Source of the DNA: Candidatus Saccharimonadia bacterium
GTDB lineage: Bacteria > Patescibacteriota > Saccharimonadia > UBA4664 > JBBRNT01
NCBI GenBank assembly: GCA_038230095.1
Contig: JBBRNT010000003.1
Location: forward strand, 9,811-73,810
DNA length: 64,000 nt
Reading direction: 5' to 3'
The position numbers and the translations under genes are program-made. Under the pieces are notes generated by a model. It saw only the letters and a program-made list of their open reading frames with translations, was not told the origin of the DNA and did no database searches. Of this stretch, positions 46,245-56,063 are shown one piece after another. Position 1 is the first letter of the stretch, and the number at the start of each line of letters is the position of its first letter.

Positions 46245-47699
46245 ATGCGCAAGAAAAGCGAACTCATCCTCAACCTATTGCTCCTGCCGATAGACGGTCT
46301 GGCTGTGCTGTCGGCATTTGTGTTGGCCTACATTCTACGCGTTAAGCTAGATGGGCGGCCGGTGGCATACCCGATCGGAGCCATGCTATTTCTGAAGATT
46401 GTGCTCTTTGCGGTACCGGTCTGGATTATTATTTTTGCACTGGCCGGTCTATACAACATGACGAGCATTAATCGCCGATTTGCCGAGCTGGGTAAGATTG
46501 TGGTGGGCGTGTCCGGTGGCGCTATGACCCTGATACTGCTCGATTTTTTCAGCCGCCAGCCGATATTCCCATCGCGAGCCATCCCGGTCTACGGCTATGG
46601 CCTAAGCCTAGTGCTGGTAGTGCTGGGACGAACAATCTGGCGCGCGTTTGTCCGGTCGCTGAATAGATATGGGATTGCGGTGCAAAATGCGGTGGTGGTG
46701 GGGAGTGGCCCAATTGCACGAATGATCATCGCAGACCTCACACGAAGCCCTAAGACTGGCTACCAGGTAGTGGCTGTGCTAGAGACGGCGAGGCACGCCG
46801 GAAAGCAGCTGCGACCAATACCGGTCTACCGCAGCATAGAGTCGTTGGTCAAAGCCCACGGACTGGATATTCAGGTGGTTATACAGGCGGACTCGGCACT
46901 AACACCCGGCGAGGTACAGAACCTGGTTAACTATGCTAGCAGTCACCATTGGCGTTACCGGTTTGTACCTAACCAGTTCGGCATGTTTGCGACTAACGCA
47001 GAGTTTGCCACGATAGCTGGGCTGCCAGTGATTGAGATATGTCGCACCCCGCTCGATGGCTGGGGGCGGATTGTGAAGCGTCTCTTCGATGTATTTGGCG
47101 CTTTAGCGGGTATGGTAGTACTGTCTCCGTTATACCTGGTAATAGCTATTATCTCAAAGCTGACGGACCCTGGCCCGGTGTTCTATAGCCATAAGCGAGT
47201 GAGTCGTAGTGGTGCGCCAATCCAGGTGTACAAGTTCCGAACTATGACCTACAAGTGGTCGCCACGGCCCGGGTACAAGTACACCACAGCCGAAGAGGCC
47301 TTGATTGGTATGGGTAGGCCCGATCTGGTTGAGGAGTTCAAGAAGTCGCAAAAACTGGAGCATGATCCTCGAGTAAATGCCTTTGGGAGGTTCCTGCGTC
47401 GCAGTAGCCTAGATGAGCTCCCGCAGCTCTTCAATGTACTGCGTGGTGAGTTGTCGCTGGTAGGCCCACGGCCTGTGGTAGAGGCTGAGCTAGAGCGCTA
47501 TGGTGACCAGGCTGCGGCGTTCCTATCCCTGAAACCAGGTATTACGGGTATGTGGCAGGTGTCGGGCCGGAGCGACATTGGCTATGATGAGCGGGTGAAG
47601 TTAGACATATACTACGTAGAGAACTGGTCGTTGCTGCTGGACATTCAGATCCTCATTAAGACCTTTGTAATAATCCTACGTGGGCGGGGAGCCTACTAG
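46245..47699 (+). CDS. Polyprenyl-phosphate sugar phosphotransferase (WcaJ/WbaP-like)
   Basis: KRLFD, YKFRTM, SLDELPQLFNV, LVGPRP, KPGITGMWQVSGRS. Confidence 0.93.
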   Translation: MRKKSELILNLLLLPIDGLAVLSAFVLAYILRVKLDGRPVAYPIGAMLFLKIVLFAVPVWIIIFALAGLYNMTSINRRFAELGKIVVGVSGGAMTLILLDFFSRQPIFPSRAIPVYGYGLSLVLVVLGRTIWRAFVRSLNRYGIAVQNAVVVGSGPIARMIIADLTRSPKTGYQVVAVLETARHAGKQLRPIPVYRSIESLVKAHGLDIQVVIQADSALTPGEVQNLVNYASSHHWRYRFVPNQFGMFATNAEFATIAGLPVIEICRTPLDGWGRIVKRLFDVFGALAGMVVLSPLYLVIAIISKLTDPGPVFYSHKRVSRSGAPIQVYKFRTMTYKWSPRPGYKYTTAEEALIGMGRPDLVEEFKKSQKLEHDPRVNAFGRFLRRSSLDELPQLFNVLRGELSLVGPRPVVEAELERYGDQAAAFLSLKPGITGMWQVSGRSDIGYDERVKLDIYYVENWSLLLDIQILIKTFVIILRGRGAY

Positions 47700-48817
47700 T
47701 GGACGGCTTACGGGTAGCATTGGTACACGACTGGCTTACTAACCAGGGCGGGGGTGAGCGAGTCCTGTGGTCGCTGCACTTGGCCTTTCCGGATGCGCCC
47801 ATCTACACCTCGGTGTTTGAGCCGGCAGTGATGACTCAGTTCGCTGATCTAGACGTGCGGACGTCGTTCTTGCAAAAGTGGCCTCTGGCGCGTAAGAAGC
47901 ATCAGCTGTTTCCGGCCCTACGTACTATGGCTTTTGAGTCATTTGATTTCTCGGAATACGATGTAGTTATTAGTACTAATTCTGCCGAATCGAAAGGCAT
48001 TATTACCGGTCCTAAAACCCTACATATTAACTACATTTTCACCCCTACTCGCTACTACTGGAGCGGCTACCATGACTACTTGGCTCAGCCAGGAATGGGG
48101 CGGCTGAACGGGTTGGTGCGTAGAGTAATGCCTCGCGTAGTTAGCCGGATGCGTCAATGGGACTATGCGGCGGCCCAACGCGCAGATATGGTTGTTGCTA
48201 TCTCCGAGTATGTAGGTGCGCGAGTAACTAAGTACTACCGCCGCGATTGGGGTGTGGTATACCCGCCAGTAGAGGTAGACCGCCTCAAGCCAGCGGCTAA
48301 GCGTGGAGACTTCTACCTGGTGGTGTCACGGCTCATACCATATAAACGGGTAGATCTGGCTGTGGCCGCCGCAAGGGAGCTTAATCTACCGCTGATTGTC
48401 ATAGGCGACGGGAGTGAACGAAGCCGTCTAGAGGCCATGGCTGGCCCAAAAACCCAGTTCCTCGGCCGACGTAGCGACGCGGAGGTGGCAGAGTACTATG
48501 GAAAAGCCAAGGCCTTCCTATTTACCGCTGATGAGGATTTTGGAATAACACCCCTAGAGGCCATGGCAGCCGGCGCGCCGGTAGTGGCGTTTGGCCGGGG
48601 TGGCGCATTAGAGACGGTGGTGCCAGGTAAGACGGGCGTGTTCTTCTCGGAGCAGACGCCGTCATCGCTGATCCAGGCGCTGAAGCACCTGGATACGCTT
48701 AAGCTTGATACGCTGACTATTCGTAAGCAGGCCGAGCGCTTTAGCGAGCGCCGGTTTATCGTGGAAATGCAGCAGCTGGTGAGACGGGCTATAGCAAGCC
48801 GGCAGTCAGACAACTAA
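47699..48817 (+). CDS. GT4 glycosyltransferase (WbaZ-like)
   Basis: ALVHDWL...GGERV, SRL.PYKRVD, EDFGITPLEAMAAG. Confidence 0.92.
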   Translation: MDGLRVALVHDWLTNQGGGERVLWSLHLAFPDAPIYTSVFEPAVMTQFADLDVRTSFLQKWPLARKKHQLFPALRTMAFESFDFSEYDVVISTNSAESKGIITGPKTLHINYIFTPTRYYWSGYHDYLAQPGMGRLNGLVRRVMPRVVSRMRQWDYAAAQRADMVVAISEYVGARVTKYYRRDWGVVYPPVEVDRLKPAAKRGDFYLVVSRLIPYKRVDLAVAAARELNLPLIVIGDGSERSRLEAMAGPKTQFLGRRSDAEVAEYYGKAKAFLFTADEDFGITPLEAMAAGAPVVAFGRGGALETVVPGKTGVFFSEQTPSSLIQALKHLDTLKLDTLTIRKQAERFSERRFIVEMQQLVRRAIASRQSDN

Positions 48818-48860
48818 AAAACCCTGCCTCATGCAGGGTTTTTTAGTAAGCACACAGAGA

Positions 48861-49211
48861 CTACTTAGCTTTGGCGGCAGTATCTACGACGGCCGTGAAG
48901 GCCTTGGGCTGGTTGGTGGCTAGTTCGGAGAGGATCTTGCGATCTAGAGTAACACCAGCTACCTTGAGGCCATGGATGAACTTGCTGTATGACAGGGCTG
49001 TGCCTTCGAGGCCAGCATTGATACGGGTAATCCACAGTGCGCGGAAGTCACGCTTACCATTACGACGGTCGCGGTACTGGTAGCTGAGGGCTTTGAGTAC
49101 AGCTTGACGGGCCAGCTTAACACTAGCCTGACGGGAAGCGGTCATACCCTTCGTCTGGGCCTTGAGTCGCTTGTGTTTGGCGTGGGTTGTAACGCCTCGT
49201 TTAACGCGCAT
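48861..49211 (-). CDS. rplT: 50S ribosomal protein L20
   Basis: MRVKRG, YRDRR, LWITRINA, LDRKILSELA. Confidence 0.97.
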   Translation of the reverse strand: MRVKRGVTTHAKHKRLKAQTKGMTASRQASVKLARQAVLKALSYQYRDRRNGKRDFRALWITRINAGLEGTALSYSKFIHGLKVAGVTLDRKILSELATNQPKAFTAVVDTAAKAK

Positions 49212-49412
49212 TTATTTGTAGCTCCCTAGCATTTTCTTTACGTTAGCAGCATCACCGTGGGCAACCTGGAATTCGTTGACATAGGTCCGCTTGGTTGAAG
49301 CCGACTTATGACTAAACATGTGATTGCGATTGGCCTTACGACGAAGCATTTTGCCAGTGGCAGTCAGCTTAATCCGTTTGGCCATTCCTTTGTGTGTCTT
49401 CATTTTTGGCAT
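49212..49412 (-). CDS. rpmI: 50S ribosomal protein L35
   Basis: MPKMKTHKG..KR.K.TATGK. Confidence 0.96.
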   Translation of the reverse strand: MPKMKTHKGMAKRIKLTATGKMLRRKANRNHMFSHKSASTKRTYVNEFQVAHGDAANVKKMLGSYK

Positions 49413-49917
49413 CTTTGTTCTGTCCTATTATCATATTGAGATCGCGGCCGGTGAGCTGGGGTTTCTGTTCTACGGTGCCTACGTCCGAGAGCATCTCAGT
49501 AACGCGGGCTAGTATAGCATGGCCAAGAGCGGGGTGGGTTATCTCTCGTCCGCGGAAGAGGAGACTAATCTTCACCTTGTGGCCTTCCCCGATAAACTTT
49601 CGGGCGTGTTTGAGCTTGGTGGCCAGGTCGTGCTCGCCAATCTTGAGTCCCAATCGAACTTGTTTAACCTCGACGAGCTTCTGATTCTTTTTAGACTTCT
49701 GAAGCTGCTTGGTTTGCTCGTACTTGTACTTGCCCCAGTCGAGTATTTTGGCTACTGGAGGCTGGGCGGTTGGGGAGATTTCTGCAAGATCATATCCGGC
49801 GGCATCAGCGGCGGCGAGGGCCTCTCTGAGGCTGACGATGCCAAGCTGCTCCCCGTCCAATCCGATAAGACGGACGGTAGAAGCAGTGATTTCATGATTC
49901 AGGCGGATACGATTGAT
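49369..49917 (-). CDS. infC: Translation initiation factor IF-3, ATC start
   Basis: AAGGAG SD then in-frame ATC; RLNHEI...VRLIG.DGEQLG, DWGKYKYE, FRGRE. Confidence 0.93.
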   Translation of the reverse strand: MNRIRLNHEITASTVRLIGLDGEQLGIVSLREALAAADAAGYDLAEISPTAQPPVAKILDWGKYKYEQTKQLQKSKKNQKLVEVKQVRLGLKIGEHDLATKLKHARKFIGEGHKVKISLLFRGREITHPALGHAILARVTEMLSDVGTVEQKPQLTGRDLNMIIGQNKDAKNEDTQRNGQTD

Positions 49918-50000
49918 GCGGTCATCTCCTTAAGCTCTTGCAGGATTCTAGCAAAAAACCGCTATTCGGTCAAATAATTTCCTACCTAGAGCCCAGATCA

Positions 50001-50903
50001 CTAGCTAAGGTCTTTTTTTCGAGGCGTCTTTTCCGTCGGCCGGAAAGCGTTTTCGGGCTTATCGCAAATGAAACGGATCTCCTGATCGGTGAGTCTGATA
50101 GCAATGGGCGTTCGGCCAGATACCTTGCTATCGATCATAATACCAGCCGCTGGACTAGTCTCTACTACCAGGCGTTCTGCATAGAGACGAGTGGTTATAT
50201 GGTCCAGAGGAGCGCCAGAGGTGGCCGTGCGCTGCCATAGGTAGGATGTAAGCTGACGGCGATTGGGTGAATCAGCAAGGCTTATGAGCAGGCGATCGTC
50301 GGCAAGGGGATCGAGAAATTTCTGGTTGGCTACCGAAAGTGTAAAGAACTCACAGTCTACCTCGTAATCATCATCTATCTTTAGGTGAGCCGCCAGAGTC
50401 TGGTATTTGCGGGCCTGGCGCCAGCTATTGCGAAAGTGCTTGGCGCGGTCCCGAAGCTTACTACCCGCTACATCCACCGTCTTGTCTTGGTCGGTTTCGA
50501 AACCAATGGTGAGCTCGGAAAGGAAGTAGTGCTGGCCGGCCGCGAGTAAGCGATAGGTGGTAATACGACGCGCCGCAAGCAAGGGCAGACTCTGTTGCCA
50601 GGTGCTAATACCAAGCTGGTTAGCAAGCTTATTGGTACGACCAATCGGAATAATTCCAACAGCCGCGGTGTGGCCGACTACACCATTCATGACCTCGTTA
50701 ACAGTTTCGTCGCCGCCTACTGCTACGATTGTCTGGAAACCCTTCTCTACAGCCAGCTGCGCTAGGCGAGTTGCGTCGCCGGGTCCCGTTGTCTTCACAA
50801 ACTCGCCGGCAATACCGAGCTGCTCAAGGCTGTCCCGAAGCTTGTCCTGAATGCCATTGATGGCGCCGCGACCAGAAGTAGGATTCGTTATGTAGTAGTA
50901 CAT
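50001..50903 (-). CDS. Diacylglycerol-kinase-family protein
   Basis: NPTSG, AVGGDETVNEV (GGDGT variant), IIPIGRTN. Confidence 0.8.
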   Translation of the reverse strand: MYYYITNPTSGRGAINGIQDKLRDSLEQLGIAGEFVKTTGPGDATRLAQLAVEKGFQTIVAVGGDETVNEVMNGVVGHTAAVGIIPIGRTNKLANQLGISTWQQSLPLLAARRITTYRLLAAGQHYFLSELTIGFETDQDKTVDVAGSKLRDRAKHFRNSWRQARKYQTLAAHLKIDDDYEVDCEFFTLSVANQKFLDPLADDRLLISLADSPNRRQLTSYLWQRTATSGAPLDHITTRLYAERLVVETSPAAGIMIDSKVSGRTPIAIRLTDQEIRFICDKPENAFRPTEKTPRKKDLS

Positions 50904-50912
50904 GGTGGGTTC

Positions 50913-51305
50913 CTAATGGCTGGCGGAAGCTTCCGCGGGAGCATCAGTTGTTTCGGGTAAACTGGTGCGGCAGGAGCCAACGAAGGCGGCTCCTGAGCTA
51001 ATGCCGAGCGTACCAGTTTTGAGATCGCCCTCTAGGCGACCGGCTTCGGTAATGACGGTTTCTCCCTCGGCTGTGACATTGCCAAAGACCTGGCCGCCAA
51101 GAGTGACATTAATAGCGGTAATATTACCGTGGATAACAGCATTGGCGCCAATCGTGACATTGCCGGCAGCTTTCAGATCACCCTGCAGAGCGCCATCGAT
51201 GGCTATGTCACCATCGCTGCGCAGATTGCCACGTATTTTGACGCCGGCGGCTATAAGAGTCTCACTGGTAGCCATGGTGGCAATATGGGTTGTGCGTCGG
51301 GCCAT
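50913..51305 (-). CDS. Bactofilin (CcmA-like)
   Basis: TLI..G..I.G, IDG..GD, V.IG.A.I.G beta-helix repeats. Confidence 0.88.
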   Translation of the reverse strand: MARRTTHIATMATSETLIAAGVKIRGNLRSDGDIAIDGALQGDLKAAGNVTIGANAVIHGNITAINVTLGGQVFGNVTAEGETVITEAGRLEGDLKTGTLGISSGAAFVGSCRTSLPETTDAPAEASASH

Positions 51306-51307
51306 GA

Positions 51308-51790
51308 TTATTCCTTTCCAGTTGGTGGTTTGGGCGGAGTGGGCTTAATGGCTATAGCTAGGGCCTGAGTCTCTTCTTTGGCGAGTGGGTAGGTGGAGTG
51401 GCCTTGGTCGACTGGCTTCATATAGATACGTGTGCCTTCGCGGCCATGGATACTGGTGAGAACGTAGCCACTGTCTTGGTTGTTTATAACCGCTAGAGAG
51501 AAGCTCTGGTCGCCGCCAGTGTCGCCAAATGGGTTGTATCGGACAATACCTACCTTGCCAAGAGCACGCTCAGACATGCCCGTAATGCGGTCGTAGCTAG
51601 CACGGAGCTCATCTAGATTGGCTGCAACGGTTTGGACGCGCTTGTAGTAGCCATGGACGGCCGACTCCAGGTTCTCGGACTTGGCGCCACCCATTAGTAC
51701 TGTCAGCCGGTTGCGCACGGCTAGTACCTCTCGTACGAGAAGACCAACGGCAAGGCATAATAGGCCGATAAATATATAGGCAATAGTCAT
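51308..51790 (-). CDS. DUF4446-family protein
   Basis: KVGIVRYNPF.DTGGDQSFS, GRE.TRIY.KP. Confidence 0.85.
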   Translation of the reverse strand: MTIAYIFIGLLCLAVGLLVREVLAVRNRLTVLMGGAKSENLESAVHGYYKRVQTVAANLDELRASYDRITGMSERALGKVGIVRYNPFGDTGGDQSFSLAVINNQDSGYVLTSIHGREGTRIYMKPVDQGHSTYPLAKEETQALAIAIKPTPPKPPTGKE

Positions 51791-51887
51791 AAAATGAGTT
51801 TCTCCATGGGACTATCCTAGTATAGGGCCGCTAGCACTGGTATTCAACCTACACAGCGAATCTGGTCTGTGATACGATAGACCTGAT

Positions 51888-52178
51888 ATGAGTAAGAAGA
51901 AATCACGCAAGAAACAGCAATTCAAATACGGCCAATCTGGCGCTAGTCAGAACATTTCCCAAGCGACCACCGAGATGGGCGCTGGGGTAGTGACTGCTAA
52001 GGTGCCTAGTAAGCAACAGCAGGCACTGGCCGGAGTCGATGACTTCAGCTACGTACGTAGCGATCTTATGCGCGTCGCAGTATTCGCGGCTATCTGTATT
52101 GGCCTCGAGCTCGCGGTCTGGATTGCTTTCAATAAGACCGGTCTGGGCGTAAAAGCCTACAGTCTCTTTAAGCTGTAG
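51888..52178 (+). CDS. Hypothetical membrane protein
   Basis: Basic N-terminus, YVRSDL then TM. Confidence 0.65.
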   Translation: MSKKKSRKKQQFKYGQSGASQNISQATTEMGAGVVTAKVPSKQQQALAGVDDFSYVRSDLMRVAVFAAICIGLELAVWIAFNKTGLGVKAYSLFKL

Positions 52179-53667
52179 GACGGTACTGTAGGGCCTCGGC
52201 CAGATGTCCCGGCTCAATCTCGGTGCTGCTAGCCAGATCCGCTATGGTTCTGGCTACTTTTATTACCCGGAAGTAGGCTCTGGCGGATAGAAGCAGTCGG
52301 CTAAGCGCCTGGTCGGCCAGGGCCTTGGCTTCGGTCGTTAGGCTGGCCCACTTACGGATATCGGCGGTGGTGAGCGTGGCGTTGGTGCGCGTCGTGGTTC
52401 CGAAGCGCTCCTGTTGCCTAGCGCGGGCAGCAGCTACTCGCTGGGCAATGTCGAACGATGCCTCGGACCGGTCCGCACGCGCCATCTCGTCACGACGGAT
52501 GGCTGACAGGTGTACTACCAGATCGATCCGATCAAGTAGGGGACCTGAGAGCTTCTTCTGATAGCGGGTAATAGCCCCTGCAGTGCAGCTACAGTTCTTG
52601 GTTGCGTCGCCAAAGTAGCCACAGGGGCAGGGGTTCTGGGTGGCAATTAGCATGAACCGGGCCGGATAGGATACTGCACTGTGCGCCCTGGCTATACTGA
52701 TGGTTCCGTCCTCCAGTGGCTGCCTGAGGGCTTCGATGATGACACGAGGAAACTCCGGCAGCTCGTCTAGGAATAGTACGCCATTGTGGCTCAGGCTAAT
52801 CTCGCCAGGACGAGGCCAGCTCCCGCCACCGATGAGTGCTACGTGACTGGCGGTGTGGTGCGGCCCACGCCAGGGGCGCTCGCCGTTTAGCCCATACTCG
52901 AGGCCAGCAAGACTATAGAGCTTGGCTGTCTCAACTCGCTCGGCGCTTGAGAGTAGGGGAAGTATGCCGGCCGCTGCTTTCGCAAGCATGGTTTTGCCGC
53001 ACCCGGGTGGGCCGGACATGAGTATATTGTGTCCACCAGCAGCAGCTATCTCCAGCGCCCGCTTGGCCTGTATTTGACCATAGACGTCGGCCATATCTGT
53101 AGTAATTTTAACAACAATATTAGATATGTTTCTGGAGATGATCGGTGTTATTTCTGCTTCGCCCAACAGATGTAAGTACAGTGTTTTAAGGTCCGGTATG
53201 GCAATTATTGGAATACCTTCAATGTTACTGGCTTCCTCGGCATTGGCGGTCGGTATATAGACGCATTTCAGCGCCTTCTCACGGGCAAGCTCGGCTGTTG
53301 CAAGGACACCCTTGGTGGCGCGGAGCGAGCCATCGAGCCCTAGTTCGCCCCAGAATAGACTGTTCTTGGTGGCCTCATGGCCGATCTGCTCGGTGGCCAC
53401 TAGCATGGCTACGGCAATAGCCAGATCGTAGCCTGAACCGTCCTTTGGTAAGTCTGCTGGCGCAAGATTGACGGTAACCTTCTTAGGCGGAAAGGTGAGC
53501 CCACTATTGCGAATAGCGCCACGGACACGTTCCCTGGCCTGGTCCACAGCTTTGTCACCGAGGCCAACGATAGCAAAGCCGGGTAGACCGTTGGCCAGGT
53601 CGCACTCCACGGTGACGAGCTGGCCTTCAAAGCCAATGTGGGTCGCAGCGTAGGTTGTTGCTAGCAT
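52168..53667 (-). CDS. comM: ComM/YifB Mg-chelatase-like AAA ATPase
   Basis: VNLAPADLPK.G..YDL, GPPGCGKT, PHHTAS, LFLDELPEF, NPCPCG, SGPLLDRID. Confidence 0.93.
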   Translation of the reverse strand: MLATTYAATHIGFEGQLVTVECDLANGLPGFAIVGLGDKAVDQARERVRGAIRNSGLTFPPKKVTVNLAPADLPKDGSGYDLAIAVAMLVATEQIGHEATKNSLFWGELGLDGSLRATKGVLATAELAREKALKCVYIPTANAEEASNIEGIPIIAIPDLKTLYLHLLGEAEITPIISRNISNIVVKITTDMADVYGQIQAKRALEIAAAGGHNILMSGPPGCGKTMLAKAAAGILPLLSSAERVETAKLYSLAGLEYGLNGERPWRGPHHTASHVALIGGGSWPRPGEISLSHNGVLFLDELPEFPRVIIEALRQPLEDGTISIARAHSAVSYPARFMLIATQNPCPCGYFGDATKNCSCTAGAITRYQKKLSGPLLDRIDLVVHLSAIRRDEMARADRSEASFDIAQRVAAARARQQERFGTTTRTNATLTTADIRKWASLTTEAKALADQALSRLLLSARAYFRVIKVARTIADLASSTEIEPGHLAEALQYRPTA

Positions 53668-53687
53668 AATACCTCCTTTGATAGGCG

Positions 53688-53716
53688 ATATTACCGAACA
53701 TAAACCGTACTGTCAA
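53688..53716 (-). promoter_or_regulatory. comM promoter with putative SOS operator
   Basis: TTGACA-gtacggtttatgttcgg-TAATAT. Confidence 0.7.
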
Positions 53717-53781
53717 GCGCAAGGTGGTGGATACCGGCGCGGTGCAACGTGCCTGGCTGCTATAGTCTGGACAAGTTCAAG

Positions 53782-54783
53782 CTAGAGCTTGTCCTGGTAC
53801 CAGAGCGAGGCATACTCGGGGGAGATAGGGTTGATGATAACGCCGGTGGAGAGCTCGAAACCAGCCCAAATATTGGGCCTGGGCTCTAGTTTGAGGTGGA
53901 AATGCTGGTGCTCACCGGCCAGAGAGTCCTGGAGAAAGTAATTGTAGTCTATGTTCACGCTATCAAGCTTACCGGTCAGTTTTTTAAGCATTACCGCAAA
54001 CGAGTGGCGCTCGGAGTCCGTAAGATCCGCAAAGCGAGCTCGCTGCTGCTTCGGTAATATCCAGACCCCAAAGGCCTCACGGACGGCGTAGGGCGAGAGC
54101 GCTATAGCGTGTTCGTCCTCGAATATAATGCGCTGTTTCTCGCCGAGCTCCCACTGGATAATGTCCTGGAATGGTGAGCTCCCGTGCGCTCTGACGTATT
54201 CATCGTAGGCTGCAGCTTCTAGCTCGACCGTGGGCGGGATAAACGGTATGGCAACAATCTGGGAGTGGGAGTGAGCGATGCTGGCGCCAGCGTTGGGGCC
54301 GCTGTTCTTGAAAACCACCACGTAGCGGATGCCTTCAAGCGCCTGTAGCGCCTTGGTGCGGCTCATATAGGCTTCGAATATTCGCTCTATCTGCGCTACG
54401 GGTAGGTCGGAGAAGCGGGACTGGTAGTCAGGAGTATCAACGACAATTTCTTGGCTTCCGTAAGCCCTAGGATTGTCGAGAGACAGGGCCGAGTACAAAT
54501 TTTTGATCACCCGCACCTGCCAGTCCCCATGACTGTTTTTTAGTTCAAATATGCTTTTGTCGGCTTCAAACGCCGGCTGGGTGGCGACCGGTCGATCCGG
54601 CTGAGTGGTTTTGCTAAAGCTATCCGGGCGTAAGCTACGCTTGGGTGCAATGACCACATAGCGTTCAAGGAAGTAGTGCTTGCGAATCTCAGACTGCGAG
54701 CTGACGTCACGCATGGTACGCGTAGAGTTGGCCAGAGAGTGGCGGTGGACATGCAGATTAGCAGCTGATCGTGGATCATTCAT
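53782..54783 (-). CDS. GalT-like hexose-1-phosphate nucleotidyltransferase
   Basis: APKR..RP, FKN.G..AGASIAHSHSQ, AGFELSTG. Confidence 0.85.
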   Translation of the reverse strand: MNDPRSAANLHVHRHSLANSTRTMRDVSSQSEIRKHYFLERYVVIAPKRSLRPDSFSKTTQPDRPVATQPAFEADKSIFELKNSHGDWQVRVIKNLYSALSLDNPRAYGSQEIVVDTPDYQSRFSDLPVAQIERIFEAYMSRTKALQALEGIRYVVVFKNSGPNAGASIAHSHSQIVAIPFIPPTVELEAAAYDEYVRAHGSSPFQDIIQWELGEKQRIIFEDEHAIALSPYAVREAFGVWILPKQQRARFADLTDSERHSFAVMLKKLTGKLDSVNIDYNYFLQDSLAGEHQHFHLKLEPRPNIWAGFELSTGVIINPISPEYASLWYQDKL

Positions 54784-54854
54784 AGACTAAGCGTAACAAC
54801 TTTGTTCTAAAACGGCTAGCGCAAGATGGTTCCAGTTTTGCTATACTACAAATA

Positions 54855-56027
54855 ATGAGTACCAAAACCCAGGTCACACCAAGAAAACGGCGCATACTAG
54901 TCCTTACTGCGCCTGTTGGTGGCGGCCATATGGCAATAGCTAAGGTACTCACAGAGAAGCTGACCGAGCGCTACGGTAAGGACTACGATGTAAGCTTCTG
55001 CGATGTGTTTGAAGAAGTTGCACTGCCGATGCAGTTCCAGAAAATGCTCGGACCGGGCTACGCTCTGTCAGTGAAGGCACTCAAGTCCTACCCCTACCGC
55101 CTATTTTTCGATTTCGCGAACTCTAATCCGGATATGGTCAATAAAGTGTTCACTGCCATGTTCCAGTCTGGTGCCATCGAGATAATGCACAAATACAAGC
55201 CAGACATTGTAGTCTCGACGTTCCCAATTATTAGCTATATTGCGGCGCGAACTGTGAAAGAGAGTATTCGGCAGAATGTACCGGTTATTAGTATCGTGAC
55301 TGATGCTGGCGACGTACACCGGCTGTGGTTGATGGGAGTGGAGGACGCAATCCTAGTCTCCACCCCTGAGACAATGGACTATGCGGTAAAGCTGGGTGTG
55401 CCGCGAGACAAGCTGCACTACCTGGGCTTTCCGGTGGGCAAGGAGTTCTACAATCTACGGCCACAGGCGGAGGCTCGTAAGCTGCTAGGCCTCAAGAATA
55501 TACCTACGGCGTTGTTTACCAATGGGGGTTTGGGTCTGAGCCCCGCCAAGTTCGTGCGTATGGCCAAGATAGTTGCGAAGCTAGGTGCGAACCAGCAGTT
55601 TATCTTTATTTGCGGCAAGAACCAGCAGCTCCAGGACAAGCTCATAGCGATGGATCTGCCCAAGAATGTGCACGTCTATGGGTTTGTGAACAACATCTAC
55701 GACTTTATCGCGGCTAGCGATATTGCCATCCAGAAAGCTGGCTGGTTATCACTGTATGAGGCCATGGTAGCGCGTAAGCCGACTATTGTTTTTGACGTGG
55801 TTCCTGGTCAGGAAGAGCCTAACGCGGAGTTTATTGAACGCCATAAGGTAGGCGAGCTCATTACTAAGCCCCAGGATGTGGTGGACAGAGTATTGTATTA
55901 TTTACAACAGCCGCAAGCCCTGCAGGCCTTCCAGAAGAATTTCGACATTCTAAACTTAGATGAAAAAGCCGGTGAGAAGATTGCCGACTTTATCGTTGAT
56001 AACTTCTCTAACACGAAGATAAAGTAA
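54855..56027 (+). CDS. MGDG synthase / UgtP-like glycosyltransferase (GT28)
   Basis: GGGH, KPDIVVSTFP, VTD...HRLW, CGKN, KAG, PGQEEPNA. Confidence 0.85.
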   Translation: MSTKTQVTPRKRRILVLTAPVGGGHMAIAKVLTEKLTERYGKDYDVSFCDVFEEVALPMQFQKMLGPGYALSVKALKSYPYRLFFDFANSNPDMVNKVFTAMFQSGAIEIMHKYKPDIVVSTFPIISYIAARTVKESIRQNVPVISIVTDAGDVHRLWLMGVEDAILVSTPETMDYAVKLGVPRDKLHYLGFPVGKEFYNLRPQAEARKLLGLKNIPTALFTNGGLGLSPAKFVRMAKIVAKLGANQQFIFICGKNQQLQDKLIAMDLPKNVHVYGFVNNIYDFIAASDIAIQKAGWLSLYEAMVARKPTIVFDVVPGQEEPNAEFIERHKVGELITKPQDVVDRVLYYLQQPQALQAFQKNFDILNLDEKAGEKIADFIVDNFSNTKIK

Positions 56028-56063
56028 GTTGTTCTGTTCGCCGTGACGTGGCATAATGTGCTT

